From Pseudomonadota bacterium (GTDB taxonomy: Bacteria > Bdellovibrionota_F > JAHFAK01 > JBDREC01): DNA of 64,000 nucleotides. Position numbers and translations under genes: made by a program. The notes beneath the pieces were generated by a model. That model worked only from the letters and a program-made list of their open reading frames with translations, was not told where the DNA came from and did not search any database. The stretch spans positions 1 through 64,000 of the forward strand of contig JBDREC010000012.1 of assembly GCA_043820105.1 (NCBI GenBank), given 5' to 3'. Below are positions 9,630-20,766 of this stretch, one piece after another; within the stretch, counting starts at the first letter, position 1; every line of letters begins with the position of its first letter.

Positions 9630-12600
9630 ATGAGCAACAAAAACAATAGCTTAAAAACAGTACTAATCCTCGGATCAGGCGGACTATCAATTGGCCAAGC
9701 TGGAGAATTTGATTATTCAGGATCGCAGGCTATTAAAGCTTGCAAAGAAGAAGGAATAAAAACTGTCTTAGTTAATCCTAATATTGCCACCATTCAAACC
9801 TCTAAGGATTTGGCTGATGAAGTTTATTTTGTTCCTGTTGAAGCTAGTTTTGTTGAAAAAGTTATTGTAAAGGAAAAGCCTGATGGAATTATGCTTAGTT
9901 TTGGAGGTCAAGCAGCCCTAAACTGTGGTATAGATCTTTATAAAAAAGATATTCTTAGAAAGCATAATGTTAAAGTTTTAGGAACAGAAATTAATCAGAT
10001 CATTGAATCAGAAGATAAAGGAATCTTTGCTAAAAGATTAGAAAGCATTGATATCAAAACACCAAAGAGTCACACTGTTTCTAGTTTAACAGAAGGTTTA
10101 TTAAAAGCAAAAGAAATTGGTTTTCCATTAATCATTAGATCAGGATTTTCGCTAGGTGGTCTTGGCTCATCATTTTGTGAAAGCGAAAATGAATTAAGAG
10201 AAGAACTTTCAAAGGCCCTTGCTCATTCCAATCAAGTTTTAATTGAAGAATCTTTAAAAGGATTTAAAGAAATTGAATATGAAATAATGAGAGATGGTGT
10301 TGATAACTGCATTGCGATTTGTAACATGGAAAATTTTGATCCTCTTGGCATTCATACTGGAGAATCAATTGTTGTTGCTCCCTCTCAAACTTTGACTGAC
10401 TATGAATATCAAAAGCTGAGAAATATCTCTTTAAAAATCGCCAGGCACTTTGAGATTTTAGGAGAATGCAATGTTCAGTTTGCACTTGATCCTAATTCTG
10501 ATGATTACAGAGTTATTGAAATAAATGCCCGGCTTTCAAGAAGCTCAGCACTCGCTTCTAAAGCAACAGGTTACCCTATTGCCTTTATTGCAGCAAAGCT
10601 AGGCCTTGGTTATAGTTTACTGGAAATAAATAATCCTATCACAAAAGTTACAAAGAGTTTTTTTGAACCGAGCATGGATTATTTGGCTTTAAAATTCCCA
10701 AGATGGGATACAGCCAAGTTTAGTAAAGCAGCTCGTGAGATTGGTTCATCCATGAAATCAGTTGGCGAAGTCATGGCAATAGGCAGAAACTTTGAAGAAG
10801 CCTTGCAAAAAGCGATTAGAATGACAAATCCAAGCTTTTCTGGCTTAACAGAAGACCTTGAGTTTGAGGAATTAGATAAAGAGCTTATAAATCCAACTGA
10901 TCGCAGAATATTTGCCATATCAAAAGCCCTGGCACATGGATATAGTGTTGATAAAATACACGAACTAACAAAAATTGACCTTTGGTTTATTCATAAATTA
11001 AATAATATTATTTTGGAGGCTGAGAGTTTAAAGCAAAAAAAATTTGAATCACTTGATAAAATTTCACTTCTTAAAGCTAAAAAACTTGGTTTTTCTGATA
11101 AGCAAATAGCCAGGCTTATTTTTAACAAAGATGATATTGATGCAGAGCTAGCAATAAGAGAAATTAGAAAAACTTTTAATATTAATCCAAGTGTAAAGCA
11201 GATTGATACTCTAGCCGCCGAATATCCAAGTGAAACAAATTATCTTTACTTAACTTATAATGGCGATGTTGATGATACAAAAGCAATGGACAATTCTGTT
11301 ATTGTCCTTGGCTCAGGTCCATATAGCATTGGCTCAAGTGTTGAATTTGACTGGTGCTCTGTTGAGTGTGTGAAAACATTAAAAGAAGAAAATATTAAAT
11401 CAATTGTTATAAATTGTAATCCTGAAACTGTTAGTACTGATTATGATGAATGCGATAAATTGTATTTTGAAGAGTTAAGCTTTGAAAGAGTGCTTGATAT
11501 ATATGAAAAAGAAAATCCTAAAGGTATTATTATTAATATGGGTGGACAAATACCAAACAACCTTGCAATTCCCTTGCGAAAAGTTAATGCTAATATTTTA
11601 GGCACTACCCCGGAAGTGATTGATCAAGTTGAAAATAGACATAAATTCTCAGCTCTACTTGATGAACTTAAAATTGATCAACCAGAATGGATTGAATCGA
11701 TTAATCTTGCTGAAGTAAATGACTTTTGCAATAAAGTAAGTTATCCTGTTTTAGTTCGTCCATCATATGTTTTATCAGGCTCTGCGATGAATGTTGCCTA
11801 TGATGAGGAAAGCCTTGGATCAATTATAAAAAACGCAGAAGCTGTTTCAAATGATTATCCTGTAGTTGTTACCAAGTTCATTACAGAAGCAAAAGAAATC
11901 GACATGGATATTGTTGCTTCAAAGGGTGAAATAAAAGCTTATGCAATATCTGAGCATATTGAAAATGCAGGTGTGCATTCAGGAGATGCGACCTTAGTAA
12001 CTCCAGCTCAAAAACTATATCTTGAAACAATGAATAGAATTAAGAAGATATCAAGATCTGTAATAAAACACTTAAATATTACTGGTCCTGTTAATTTTCA
12101 ATTCCTAGCAAAAGATAATCATATAAAAATTATTGAATGCAACTTAAGATGTTCACGAAGCTTTCCTTTTGTCTCAAAAACCTATGATATTAACTTTATT
12201 AATTTAGCTACAAAGGCAATCTTAGGCCAAGATATTGAAAAGGTTTCTTCAAACGCTTTTGACCTTGAATATCTTGCATGTAAAGCACCTCAATTTTCCT
12301 TTACAAGACTGCATGGCGCTGATCCACAGCTAGGCGTTGAAATGGCTTCAACTGGAGAAGTCGCTTGCTTTGGAGAAGACCTGCACGAAGCTTTTCTAAA
12401 AGCAATCTTAGCTACAGGCTTCAAACTCCCTAAAAAAAATATTCTCATATCAACAGGAAATATTAAACAAAAGGCAAAATTGCTGGATTCAGTACAAAAA
12501 CTAATTACCATGGGTTTTTCATTATATGCCACTCCAAAGACCTCTGAGTTTTATAATTTACACGGAATTGAAACTGAAGTTCTTTATTGGCCAATGAGCG

Positions 12601-12842
12601 AGCAAAAACCAAATGTACTTGATTATCTAAATGCAAGACACATTGACCTGGTGATCAACATTCCAAGCACAAATAAAAAAGATGAACTAACTAATGGTTA
12701 TATGGTTAGAAGAAAAGCAAGTGATTTTGGCATACCATTGATTACAAATGTACAGGTAGCTGTTTTATTTGTTGATGCACTATATAATTATAGCGACTTA
12801 AAACTAAAGGTAAAAAGCTACAAAGAATATCTATCTAGCTAA
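9630..12842 (+). CDS. carB: Carbamoyl-phosphate synthase large subunit
   Basis: IGQAGEFDYSGSQA, RLSRSSALASKATGYP, two ATP-grasp halves and a C-terminal MGS domain. Confidence 0.98.
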   Translation: MSNKNNSLKTVLILGSGGLSIGQAGEFDYSGSQAIKACKEEGIKTVLVNPNIATIQTSKDLADEVYFVPVEASFVEKVIVKEKPDGIMLSFGGQAALNCGIDLYKKDILRKHNVKVLGTEINQIIESEDKGIFAKRLESIDIKTPKSHTVSSLTEGLLKAKEIGFPLIIRSGFSLGGLGSSFCESENELREELSKALAHSNQVLIEESLKGFKEIEYEIMRDGVDNCIAICNMENFDPLGIHTGESIVVAPSQTLTDYEYQKLRNISLKIARHFEILGECNVQFALDPNSDDYRVIEINARLSRSSALASKATGYPIAFIAAKLGLGYSLLEINNPITKVTKSFFEPSMDYLALKFPRWDTAKFSKAAREIGSSMKSVGEVMAIGRNFEEALQKAIRMTNPSFSGLTEDLEFEELDKELINPTDRRIFAISKALAHGYSVDKIHELTKIDLWFIHKLNNIILEAESLKQKKFESLDKISLLKAKKLGFSDKQIARLIFNKDDIDAELAIREIRKTFNINPSVKQIDTLAAEYPSETNYLYLTYNGDVDDTKAMDNSVIVLGSGPYSIGSSVEFDWCSVECVKTLKEENIKSIVINCNPETVSTDYDECDKLYFEELSFERVLDIYEKENPKGIIINMGGQIPNNLAIPLRKVNANILGTTPEVIDQVENRHKFSALLDELKIDQPEWIESINLAEVNDFCNKVSYPVLVRPSYVLSGSAMNVAYDEESLGSIIKNAEAVSNDYPVVVTKFITEAKEIDMDIVASKGEIKAYAISEHIENAGVHSGDATLVTPAQKLYLETMNRIKKISRSVIKHLNITGPVNFQFLAKDNHIKIIECNLRCSRSFPFVSKTYDINFINLATKAILGQDIEKVSSNAFDLEYLACKAPQFSFTRLHGADPQLGVEMASTGEVACFGEDLHEAFLKAILATGFKLPKKNILISTGNIKQKAKLLDSVQKLITMGFSLYATPKTSEFYNLHGIETEVLYWPMSEQKPNVLDYLNARHIDLVINIPSTNKKDELTNGYMVRRKASDFGIPLITNVQVAVLFVDALYNYSDLKLKVKSYKEYLSS

Positions 12843-12892
12843 CTTCTCTATTATCCACACCACAAAAAGGAACAAAAAAATTAATACGTGCC

Positions 12893-14371
12893 CTACCACC
12901 TTCTAGAAATCAACTCTTTCGCAGCCTCATAAACATCGATTCTACCATTTCCATATCCTTTATCCCATCCATCACTACCTAGATCTTTTGATGTTGAAAT
13001 TAGTAGTTCTTTAATTTCATCAGCATTAATCTCAGGATCAATTTGTAATAATAAGGCAATCGCTCCAGTAACATGTGGAGCTGCCATTGATGTTCCTGAC
13101 ATTTTTTTATATTCGCCATTTAAAAAGGTTGAATAAACTCTTGTTCCAGGAGCTGAGACTTCTGGTTTTGCTAAAGTTATTATTTTTTCACCTATATCAA
13201 AATCAAGAGGGCCTCTTGTTGAAAACCAGGCAAGTAAATCAATTTCATTTGTTGCAGCTACTGTAAATGTAGAAGGAAACTCTTGAGGTGATGATTGAGC
13301 GAAAATTGATTCATTGCCCATTGCAAACACTGGTATAATATTAGCTGAATCCCAAAAAGCTAAAGCTTTATACATTGGTTCTTGTTCTTGTCTTGGCATA
13401 CCAGCAGGGCCTCCCCATGAACAATTGATTACTCTTGGATGATCGTTTGTTTCAGGATCAGCATCAGGATCTACCATCCATTCCATTGCTTTGATAAGGG
13501 CTGCTTCAGTAGAATATTCCCCAATAGCTGCTGCTGCTACAATACTTGCCTTTGGCGCAACTCCAATTTGATAACCAGATAAATTGCCACCTGCAATTGT
13601 TCCAGAAACATGTGTTCCATGACCATGCTCATCAACAGGCATTAAAGGATCTTCACCCATTGCCATAAAGTTTCTGAAATTGATGAGCTTTCCCTGTAAA
13701 TCTGGGTGACTTGCATCGATTCCAGAGTCTAAAACACCAACAATCACAGACTCGCCAGTTAGCTCAGGGAAATCTCTATTTAGCCATGGAAGCTTTATAT
13801 TATATAAACCATAAGTGTATTTAAGTCTAGACTCAGCTTTAAACATTAGCTCTTTAACTTTATCAAGACCCCATATTTCATTCATTTCATCATCTTCATA
13901 AGCATTAATATCATCTTCATCAACTGGATTTGGATCTTGAGAATCGTCAATTGGATCAGGGATTTGTATGACAGGACTATCAAGTAATATCAATCTAACA
14001 TCAGTCCTGCTAGCCAACCAAGCTACAGCCTCTTTATTTACTACCATTAGCAATGAGTTTGATATCCAAATTTGGTCAAGAATTACTGAATAAGCTTCTG
14101 CAGGCATGCTTCCTGCTAAAATATCATCAACAAGTGCTTTTTGTGTATGATGACTAATACCCTTAACAATTGCAGTCATGTCTCTATAATTAAAATATGA
14201 TTCTTTTATTTCACTTTCATAATATCTAAGCTCATTTGAGTCTTCCACCATAACAATAACTTTAGCCATTTCATTTTCATGTAAAAATTCATTAAGCATT
14301 GATCCGACTTTAGAATTTGAAAAAGCATTAATTGAAAATAAAAACAGAAAGATGAAAAGAATTTTTCTCAT
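12893..14371 (-). CDS. Secreted subtilisin-like S8 serine peptidase with prodomain
   Basis: Signal peptide; catalytic motifs VLDSGID, HGHGTHVSG, GTSMAAPHV. Confidence 0.95.
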   Translation of the reverse strand: MRKILFIFLFLFSINAFSNSKVGSMLNEFLHENEMAKVIVMVEDSNELRYYESEIKESYFNYRDMTAIVKGISHHTQKALVDDILAGSMPAEAYSVILDQIWISNSLLMVVNKEAVAWLASRTDVRLILLDSPVIQIPDPIDDSQDPNPVDEDDINAYEDDEMNEIWGLDKVKELMFKAESRLKYTYGLYNIKLPWLNRDFPELTGESVIVGVLDSGIDASHPDLQGKLINFRNFMAMGEDPLMPVDEHGHGTHVSGTIAGGNLSGYQIGVAPKASIVAAAAIGEYSTEAALIKAMEWMVDPDADPETNDHPRVINCSWGGPAGMPRQEQEPMYKALAFWDSANIIPVFAMGNESIFAQSSPQEFPSTFTVAATNEIDLLAWFSTRGPLDFDIGEKIITLAKPEVSAPGTRVYSTFLNGEYKKMSGTSMAAPHVTGAIALLLQIDPEINADEIKELLISTSKDLGSDGWDKGYGNGRIDVYEAAKELISRRW

Positions 14372-14424
14372 GTTTTACCCCTCCTTGAGAATTTTGAATT
14401 ATATTAAACCGGATTTGAACTTAA

Positions 14425-14441
14425 TACAAAAACTATGCCAA
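14425..14441 (-). promoter_or_regulatory. sigma54 (-24/-12) promoter for the S8 peptidase
   Basis: Minus strand TTGGCAT-AGTTT-TTGTA with correct spacing, about 55 bp upstream of ATG. Confidence 0.6.
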
Positions 14442-14575
14442 TATTTGAATTTAGAATTACTTCGCTAAAGTTAGCTTATTCAAAGCTAATGCAATATAGG
14501 GGGAATATAAAGGTTTAAAAAATTAGTATCAAAAAAATCAAAATGCATTATTCTAGTAACAAAATGATACCTAAA

Positions 14576-15085
14576 CTAATCTTCATTCATTGTTTCTACT
14601 TCTCCATCTCTTGAAACAAAGCCACCTAAAGTATTATCTAATTTTAGGGTTTGTCTATATTTAGCAATATCGCCATCTTCATCCAAATTTTGATAAATAT
14701 TTATAGTATCTGATAGTGATCCTGTTCCAGCAGATTGAATAAAACTAAAATTACTATAAATATCATTTGTTACAGTAAACCCAAGTAGGATACAATCAAT
14801 GTTTGTCGAAATGACTCCTTGAGAACCTACCATTTTTTGACCATTAAGTTGACTATTAGAATATGGCAGCTCTTCAAAATCATCACCTCTTATAAAATGA
14901 AACTTATTTCGTTCCAGGGCATAGTCACTTTCAACCATAAAAATACCTTGTATTAAAATATTTGTTTCTGCCTGTTTTGATTTTTTGACTAGAGCCATTA
15001 AAGAAGTAGTTGCCATGGAAGCAAGAATTCCTATGATAGCAACTGTGATCATTAACTCAACCAGGGTAAATCCTCTTTTTTTCAT
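14576..15085 (-). CDS. Type IV pilin-like protein (class III signal peptide)
   Basis: MKKRG|FTLVELMITVAIIGILASMA with E5; GGAGG RBS before the ATG at 15085; C-terminal NLDEDGD. Confidence 0.9.
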   Translation of the reverse strand: MKKRGFTLVELMITVAIIGILASMATTSLMALVKKSKQAETNILIQGIFMVESDYALERNKFHFIRGDDFEELPYSNSQLNGQKMVGSQGVISTNIDCILLGFTVTNDIYSNFSFIQSAGTGSLSDTINIYQNLDEDGDIAKYRQTLKLDNTLGGFVSRDGEVETMNED

Positions 15086-15174
15086 TTTTCCTCCTAAAAT
15101 ATGGTGTTCAAGCTTTTTAATAGTTCTCAAATAATTAATTATTAATTATTGTTTATTAAAGTATAATGATTATT

Positions 15175-15191
15175 TGCAAAGGACATACCAG
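15175..15191 (-). promoter_or_regulatory. sigma54 promoter for the pilin
   Basis: Minus strand CTGGTAT-GTCCT-TTGCA. Confidence 0.7.
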
Positions 15192-15461
15192 AATAAAACA
15201 TAAATATAGAACAATATTATTGACCACTTAAATGAATTAGCTCATTTTCTTTTTTTCAAAAACAGGAAATTTAAACTTAGATTTTAATCTTCCAGTACTT
15301 CTTCTATTTTACTGTCCCCTTACACATTATTCTGAACAATAGATCTTACATTTTATTGAACCAATAAAATTATTTACAACTTAAACTAAACGATAAGGGA
15401 AGTGGACAGTAGTAAAGGTTTTTTTAAGGCATTGGAGGAAGCGATATTTTTAATTTAAAAC

Positions 15462-15497
15462 AAAGGGAGAGGCTTTATGCACCTCTCCCTTTTTATT
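15462..15497. terminator. Rho-independent terminator-like hairpin (possibly bidirectional)
   Basis: AAAGGGAGAGG-ctttatgca-CCTCTCCCTTTTT. Confidence 0.65.
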
Positions 15498-15694
15498 ATG
15501 ACGAATAACATCGCCACCTCTTGCTAGTGATCCAGATTTTTTTAATAGTTTTCCTGATCTTTGTTGATTGGAGACAAGTGGGTTTTAATTATCGCATGTG
15601 AAGCAATCGAAGCACATAATGAAATGCTCTGACACTATAATCGAGTGAGGATTGTGATTTGAACATACCTTACTTATATATGGTTTGTTTTAGA

Positions 15695-15742
15695 CGTGCT
15701 CGTGCTCGTGCACGAATCGTTCACGTGCACGTGCACGAGCAC
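15695..15742. repeat. Palindromic hexamer repeat (CGTGCT/CGTGCA)
   Basis: cgtgctcgtgctcgtgcacgaatcgttcacgtgcacgtgcacgagcac. Confidence 0.8.
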
Positions 15743-15784
15743 TGATGTGGTCAAGTAAAAAGAGACACTATTTTAAACCGAACA

Positions 15785-15906
15785 GATTAACCACAAAATC
15801 AAAAATGCCACAGCAAAATGTTGAGTCGGCTTTTTTGGTTTTTAGAAACCAAAAGCCTCTACTTTTATGTGTTTTGCTATAAGCATTTTTGCTCATGTGG
15901 ATAATC
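15785..15906. repeat. Long imperfect inverted repeat (about 120 bp)
   Basis: Paired arms gattaaccaca/tgtggataatc, caaaaatgc/gcatttttg, agcaaaa/ttttgct, ggctttt/aaaagcc, ttggttt/aaaccaa. Confidence 0.7.
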
Positions 15907-15930
15907 CTTATTTATTGCTTCTTCAATTTG

Positions 15931-16128
15931 TCATCTAACGTTTACTGCTTTTAGCTTCTCACGTTCTAGCTGGTTTGGACTTTTATATCCAAGGGCTGAA
16001 TGCAGCCTTTTATCATTGTAAAACATCTCTATATAATCAAAGACATCAAGCCTCGCAGCTTGTCTTGTTGCATATATTTCACCATCTGTTCTCTCTGTTT
16101 TGAAAGTGTGAAAAAAACTTTCAAAGAC
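15931..16128 (-). pseudogene. IS3-family transposase C-terminal fragment
   Basis: Manual translation VFESFFHTFKTERTDGEIYATRQAARLDVFDYIEMFYNDKRLHSALGYKSPNQLE...; N-terminal part absent. Confidence 0.9.
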
Positions 16129-16174
16129 TTGATATTTATATAATTAAACATTTTAATAGCAAAAAAGTTGCGGT

Positions 16175-17104
16175 TTAATCAAATAATGAGCTAATAGATT
16201 CACCTTCATGAACACACTTAATGGCTTTTGAAAAAACAGGTGCTACAGATAATACTGTAATTTTATCAATCATTTTCTCAGGTGCAATAGGTATAGTGTT
16301 AGTGACAACAACTTCACTTAGCTTTGATTCTGCGATTCTTTGAATAGCTGGACCGCAAAGAATAGGATGCGTACACGCTGCTACTGCATCAGTTGCACCA
16401 TGATCAAAAAGGAATTTCAAGCCACTGATAATTGTACCAGCTGTTGAAATTTCATCATCAACAAGAAATACTTTCTTACCCTTAACATCACCAATTAGAT
16501 TAGTTGGAATTGGTCTTTCATCATTACCATGTCTTCTTTTATCAATTATAGCCATTGGAAGATGCAGACGATTTGCAAATCTTCCTGCGTCTTTTGCCTC
16601 ACCTGCATCTGATGCAACAAGTACATAATTAGAAATATCACCATTTTTTAAATGATCACAAATTATATTTATTGCTCTAAGCTGATCTACAGGAATTCTA
16701 AAAAAGCCTTGAATTTGAGGAGCGTGTAAATCCATGGTTAAAACACGATCAGCTCCTGCTGTTTCAATTAAGTCTGCCATGAGCCTGGCTGTAATTGAAA
16801 TTCTAGGTTGGTCTTTTTTATCAGATCTTGCATAAGGAAAATAAGGAATAACTGCCGTAATTCTTTGAGCTGAAGAATGTTTCAAAGCATCAAGCATCAT
16901 TAAAAGCTCTATAATGCCTTCACTTACTGGGCTTACGGATGGTTGAATAACATAAACATCTTCACCTCTAACATTTTCATGGATTTTAACCATGATATTT
17001 TCATTGGAAAATCGAATGGTTTCGCTTTTTCCAAGGTCAATACTTAGATTTGTACATATTTCCTTAGCAAGGGCAGGATGAGCACTACCAGTGAATATTT
17101 TCAT
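16175..17104 (-). CDS. prs: Ribose-phosphate pyrophosphokinase
   Basis: IPYFPYARSDKK, DLHAPQIQGFF, LVDDEISTAGT. Confidence 0.97.
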   Translation of the reverse strand: MKIFTGSAHPALAKEICTNLSIDLGKSETIRFSNENIMVKIHENVRGEDVYVIQPSVSPVSEGIIELLMMLDALKHSSAQRITAVIPYFPYARSDKKDQPRISITARLMADLIETAGADRVLTMDLHAPQIQGFFRIPVDQLRAINIICDHLKNGDISNYVLVASDAGEAKDAGRFANRLHLPMAIIDKRRHGNDERPIPTNLIGDVKGKKVFLVDDEISTAGTIISGLKFLFDHGATDAVAACTHPILCGPAIQRIAESKLSEVVVTNTIPIAPEKMIDKITVLSVAPVFSKAIKCVHEGESISSLFD

Positions 17105-17127
17105 GTTGCTTTCCTTTATTTAGCTAT

Positions 17128-17418
17128 TTATTGAAATTCATACCATTTCTTAAGATTATCAACAATCAATTTAGCTTGTTTTTCACTTGAGATATTGAAC
17201 TTACTTCTTTGAAAATAATCATCGCCACGTTTTTGATATCTTCTAATAGAAACTTTTGGAGCTGAAAATTCAGCCTTTGAATTGCTTCTATCTTGATATA
17301 AAAACATTACTGTTGACCACGCACCTTTAGAAAGCACTTCTTTTTTAAGCTCTTTTACTAATACTTCACCTGAATCATCTTTAAAATTAACTGATAGTTC
17401 ATTTAATTTGTCACTCAA
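17128..17418 (-). CDS. Small conserved hypothetical protein (possibly PC4-like fold)
   Basis: 96-aa ORF with GGAGG RBS; KEVLSKGAWSTVMF...IRRYQKR...SKFNISS; the fold is a guess. Confidence 0.7.
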   Translation of the reverse strand: MSDKLNELSVNFKDDSGEVLVKELKKEVLSKGAWSTVMFLYQDRSNSKAEFSAPKVSIRRYQKRGDDYFQRSKFNISSEKQAKLIVDNLKKWYEFQ

Positions 17419-17593
17419 TTGGACCTCCTGTTTCTAGATATTTAGACATTAGTTCAATTATCTATATAATAATTATTTTAAATTTCAATATAAATTATTG
17501 ATTTATGGATATTTTTTTAGGTTGATTTTTTTCACTAAATGAAAATATTAAGGGTTTCAAATAACTTTTTAACAAAATATTATGGTCATATAA

Positions 17594-18439
17594 ATGTTGT
17601 ACTTAATTATAAGTTCTATTTTAGTTCTAGGATCTGTTGGTCTATGTGCAGCCTTTGTTTTGTCGGTTCTTGCCAAGAAATTTGCAGTTTTTGAAGATCC
17701 TTTGATATCGGAGCTTGATGAAGTCCTGCCAGGAGCTAATTGCGGTGCATGTGGTTTCGCGGGATGTAAAAATTTTGCTGAGCACTTAGCAAAAACAAAA
17801 GATATATCAATCACTTGTCCAGTTGCAGATGAAAAATGTAATAATAAAATTGGAGCCCTTTTAGGGCTTTCCATTGATTCAAAATTAAAAAAAGTTGCTA
17901 CATTAATATGTAATGGAAGCAATCTTAATGCCACTTTAGGAACACGATATGAAGGGATTGATACATGCAGAGCAGCTTCAGCACTTTATTCTGGCCCTAA
18001 AACTTGTCAAGACGGTTGTTTGGGATTTGGGTCTTGTATAGCAGTATGCCCTACTAATGCCATTCAAAAATTCAATGGCATTGTTAAAATTGACCCTGAA
18101 AAATGCATCTCTTGCGAAAAGTGTGTTAAAGTTTGCCCTAAAAATGTGCTTGTAATGCTTGATCCAAATGAAGTTGTTTATATTGCCTGTCATTCAGCTG
18201 AAAAAGGGGCTTTTGCCAGAAAAGCTTGTAAAACTGGCTGTATTGCATGCAGTAAATGTGTAAAAATCTGTAGATTTCAGGCAATAACTATTGAAAACAA
18301 CCTCGCGATTATAGATCAGGAAAAATGTACCAAGTGTGGAGAATGCATTCCCGCTTGTCCTACAAAAGCAATAAAAGGAATAAATGTGGAAGCAAAGGTG
18401 CAAGAAATAAAATCAAATAAAAAGGAGGAAAACAAATGA
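17594..18439 (+). CDS. rnfB: Rnf complex subunit B (polyferredoxin type)
   Basis: N-terminal TM, LPGANCGACGFAGC, multiple CxxCxxCxxxCP motifs. Confidence 0.95.
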   Translation: MLYLIISSILVLGSVGLCAAFVLSVLAKKFAVFEDPLISELDEVLPGANCGACGFAGCKNFAEHLAKTKDISITCPVADEKCNNKIGALLGLSIDSKLKKVATLICNGSNLNATLGTRYEGIDTCRAASALYSGPKTCQDGCLGFGSCIAVCPTNAIQKFNGIVKIDPEKCISCEKCVKVCPKNVLVMLDPNEVVYIACHSAEKGAFARKACKTGCIACSKCVKICRFQAITIENNLAIIDQEKCTKCGECIPACPTKAIKGINVEAKVQEIKSNKKEENK

Positions 18440-19764
18440 AAACTTTTCCTCTTGGTGGTGTTCATCCAAAAGAAAACAAGCTTACTCAAATGCTTCCAAT
18501 TGAAATAATGGGAATCCCAAATTCTGTAATCGTACCATTAAATCAAAATCTTGGAGCACCTAATGAAGCTTTAGTTAAAATAAAAGATGAAGTATTAGCT
18601 GGTCAAAAAATTGGCGACTCAAAAGCATTTGTCTCTGCCCCAGTTCATGCAACTATATCAGGAAAAATAAAAAAAATTGAACGGTTTTATCATCCCTGCG
18701 CTAAGAGATTAATTGGAGTTGAAATTACATCAGATGGTGATAATAAACAAATTGAAAGTATCTTGGAAACAGAGGATGTAAATTATAAAGAACTGTTAGG
18801 TAATACTGCCGAGATATTGAGTCTTGTAAAAGAAGCAGGAATAGTTGGCATGGGAGGAGCCACTTTTCCAACCCATGTTAAACTTAATCCTCCAAAAGAT
18901 AAAAAAATTGATACTATTTTATTAAATGGTGTTGAATGTGAACCTTATCTAACCGCTGACCATCGTGTGATGCTTGAATCTCCTGATAAAATACTCAAAG
19001 GTTTTGAAATAATTCTTTCACTATTTCCAAATGCAAAAGGAATCATAGGAATAGAAGGTAATAAAAATGATGCTTATAAGCTTTTAAAGAAAAAAGCTGA
19101 AAATTACAAAACAATCGAAGTTATAAAACTTAAAGTAAAATATCCACAAGGTGGTGAAAAACAATTAATTAAATCTGTCTTACAAAGAGAAGTTCCTCCT
19201 GGAAAGCTTCCTTTTGATATTGGAGTGCTGGTTCAAAATGTTCAATCAGCCCTTTCAATTTATGAAGCTGTTACACTAAAAAAACCAGTTATTGATAGAG
19301 TCATTACAATTTCTGGAGATGCTATAAAGGAAAAAAAGAATATTCTTGTGAGAATTGGAACAAAACTAACAGACATAATTGAATTTTGTGGTGGCACAAA
19401 AGAAAATTTAAAAAAGGTAATTTTTGGCGGTCCAATGATGGGACAAGCTATCACTAATTTAGATATTCCCATTATTAAAGGAACTAGTGGAATATTATTT
19501 TTATCAGATAAAGAAACAAAGGTTTATGAAGAATCAAGATGCTTAAGATGTGGCTTTTGCGTTGACGCATGCCCACAAGGCCTTGTTCCTGCTGATTTTA
19601 TCTCCTATGTAAAAAATGCAGATTTTGAAACCTTAGAAAACATGCATATCTTAGATTGTATAGAATGTGGATGCTGCGTTTTTGCATGTCCATCAAAAAG
19701 AAAAATGGTACATTATATCAAGCTTGGAAAGATGGAAATCAATGCAAGAAAAAAGGATAAATAA
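18436..19764 (+). CDS. rnfC: Rnf complex subunit C
   Basis: AGIVGMGGATFPTHVK, NGVECEPYLTAD, YPQGGEKQL, two 4Fe-4S motifs. Confidence 0.96.
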   Translation: MKTFPLGGVHPKENKLTQMLPIEIMGIPNSVIVPLNQNLGAPNEALVKIKDEVLAGQKIGDSKAFVSAPVHATISGKIKKIERFYHPCAKRLIGVEITSDGDNKQIESILETEDVNYKELLGNTAEILSLVKEAGIVGMGGATFPTHVKLNPPKDKKIDTILLNGVECEPYLTADHRVMLESPDKILKGFEIILSLFPNAKGIIGIEGNKNDAYKLLKKKAENYKTIEVIKLKVKYPQGGEKQLIKSVLQREVPPGKLPFDIGVLVQNVQSALSIYEAVTLKKPVIDRVITISGDAIKEKKNILVRIGTKLTDIIEFCGGTKENLKKVIFGGPMMGQAITNLDIPIIKGTSGILFLSDKETKVYEESRCLRCGFCVDACPQGLVPADFISYVKNADFETLENMHILDCIECGCCVFACPSKRKMVHYIKLGKMEINARKKDK

Positions 19765-20766
19765 ATGAGTGAAGCAAAAGATAAAAAAGATCTATTAATT
19801 GTTACTTCCTCACCTCATGTTTTTGGTGATGATTCTGTGGAAAAGGTTATGTACAATGTTGTTATTGCCTTAGTTCCAGCCATATTATTTTCAGCATTTT
19901 ATTTTGGAATTCAAGCTCTCATTGTACTATTAGTTGCCATTGCTTTTTCAATTGGCTTTGAAGCCCTCTTCCAAAAATTATTTAAAATGAAAATTAAATG
20001 TTTTGATGGATCAGCAATTGTAACTGGTATTTTGCTTGCAATGAACCTTCCAAGTAATTGTCCAATTTGGCTCGTTGTACTTGGGGCATTTATCGCAATT
20101 TTCCTTGGAAAAATGGTCTTTGGAGGTTTAGGGAATAACCCTTTTAACCCAGCACTTGTTGCAAGAGTATTTCTATTAATTTCATTTCCAGTGCAAATGA
20201 CAAGCTGGCCAAAACCTGATCCTTCAAAGTTCTGGTCAGTTGACTCAGTCACAGCAGCTACTCCTCTTGGGATTTTGAAATCTGGTAATATAAGCGAAAT
20301 AATGCAAATACCTTTTAATGAAATATTTATTGGAAATGTTGGTGGCTCTTTAGGTGAAATCTCTGCTCTTGCTTTATTAATTGGCGCAGCTTGGCTTATG
20401 TATAAACGCTATATCTCTTGGCATATTCCTTTCTCCTTTATAGGTGCAACATTTATTTTCACAGAAGTTTTTTATATCATTGATCCTGATAAATATGCAT
20501 CTCCTGTATTTCACATGTTTACAGGTGGCTTAATATTAGGTGCCTTTTTCATGGCGACAGATATGGTGACAAGCCCTATTTCCAAAAAGGGAAAGATCAT
20601 CTTTGGGCTAGGTTGCGGCTTTATTACTGCGATTATAAGATTATGGGGAGGTTATCCAGAAGGTGTAAGCTTCGCTATCCTTATAATGAACTCTGTGACT
20701 CCATTAATTGACAAATATACAATGCCAAAAAGATTTGGGGAGGAATATAATTATGAACCCAAGTAA
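19765..20766 (+). CDS. rnfD: Rnf complex subunit D
   Basis: [15 protein letters not shown] site TAATPL, FFMATD, GYPEGV. Confidence 0.96.
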   Translation: MSEAKDKKDLLIVTSSPHVFGDDSVEKVMYNVVIALVPAILFSAFYFGIQALIVLLVAIAFSIGFEALFQKLFKMKIKCFDGSAIVTGILLAMNLPSNCPIWLVVLGAFIAIFLGKMVFGGLGNNPFNPALVARVFLLISFPVQMTSWPKPDPSKFWSVDSVTAATPLGILKSGNISEIMQIPFNEIFIGNVGGSLGEISALALLIGAAWLMYKRYISWHIPFSFIGATFIFTEVFYIIDPDKYASPVFHMFTGGLILGAFFMATDMVTSPISKKGKIIFGLGCGFITAIIRLWGGYPEGVSFAILIMNSVTPLIDKYTMPKRFGEEYNYEPK

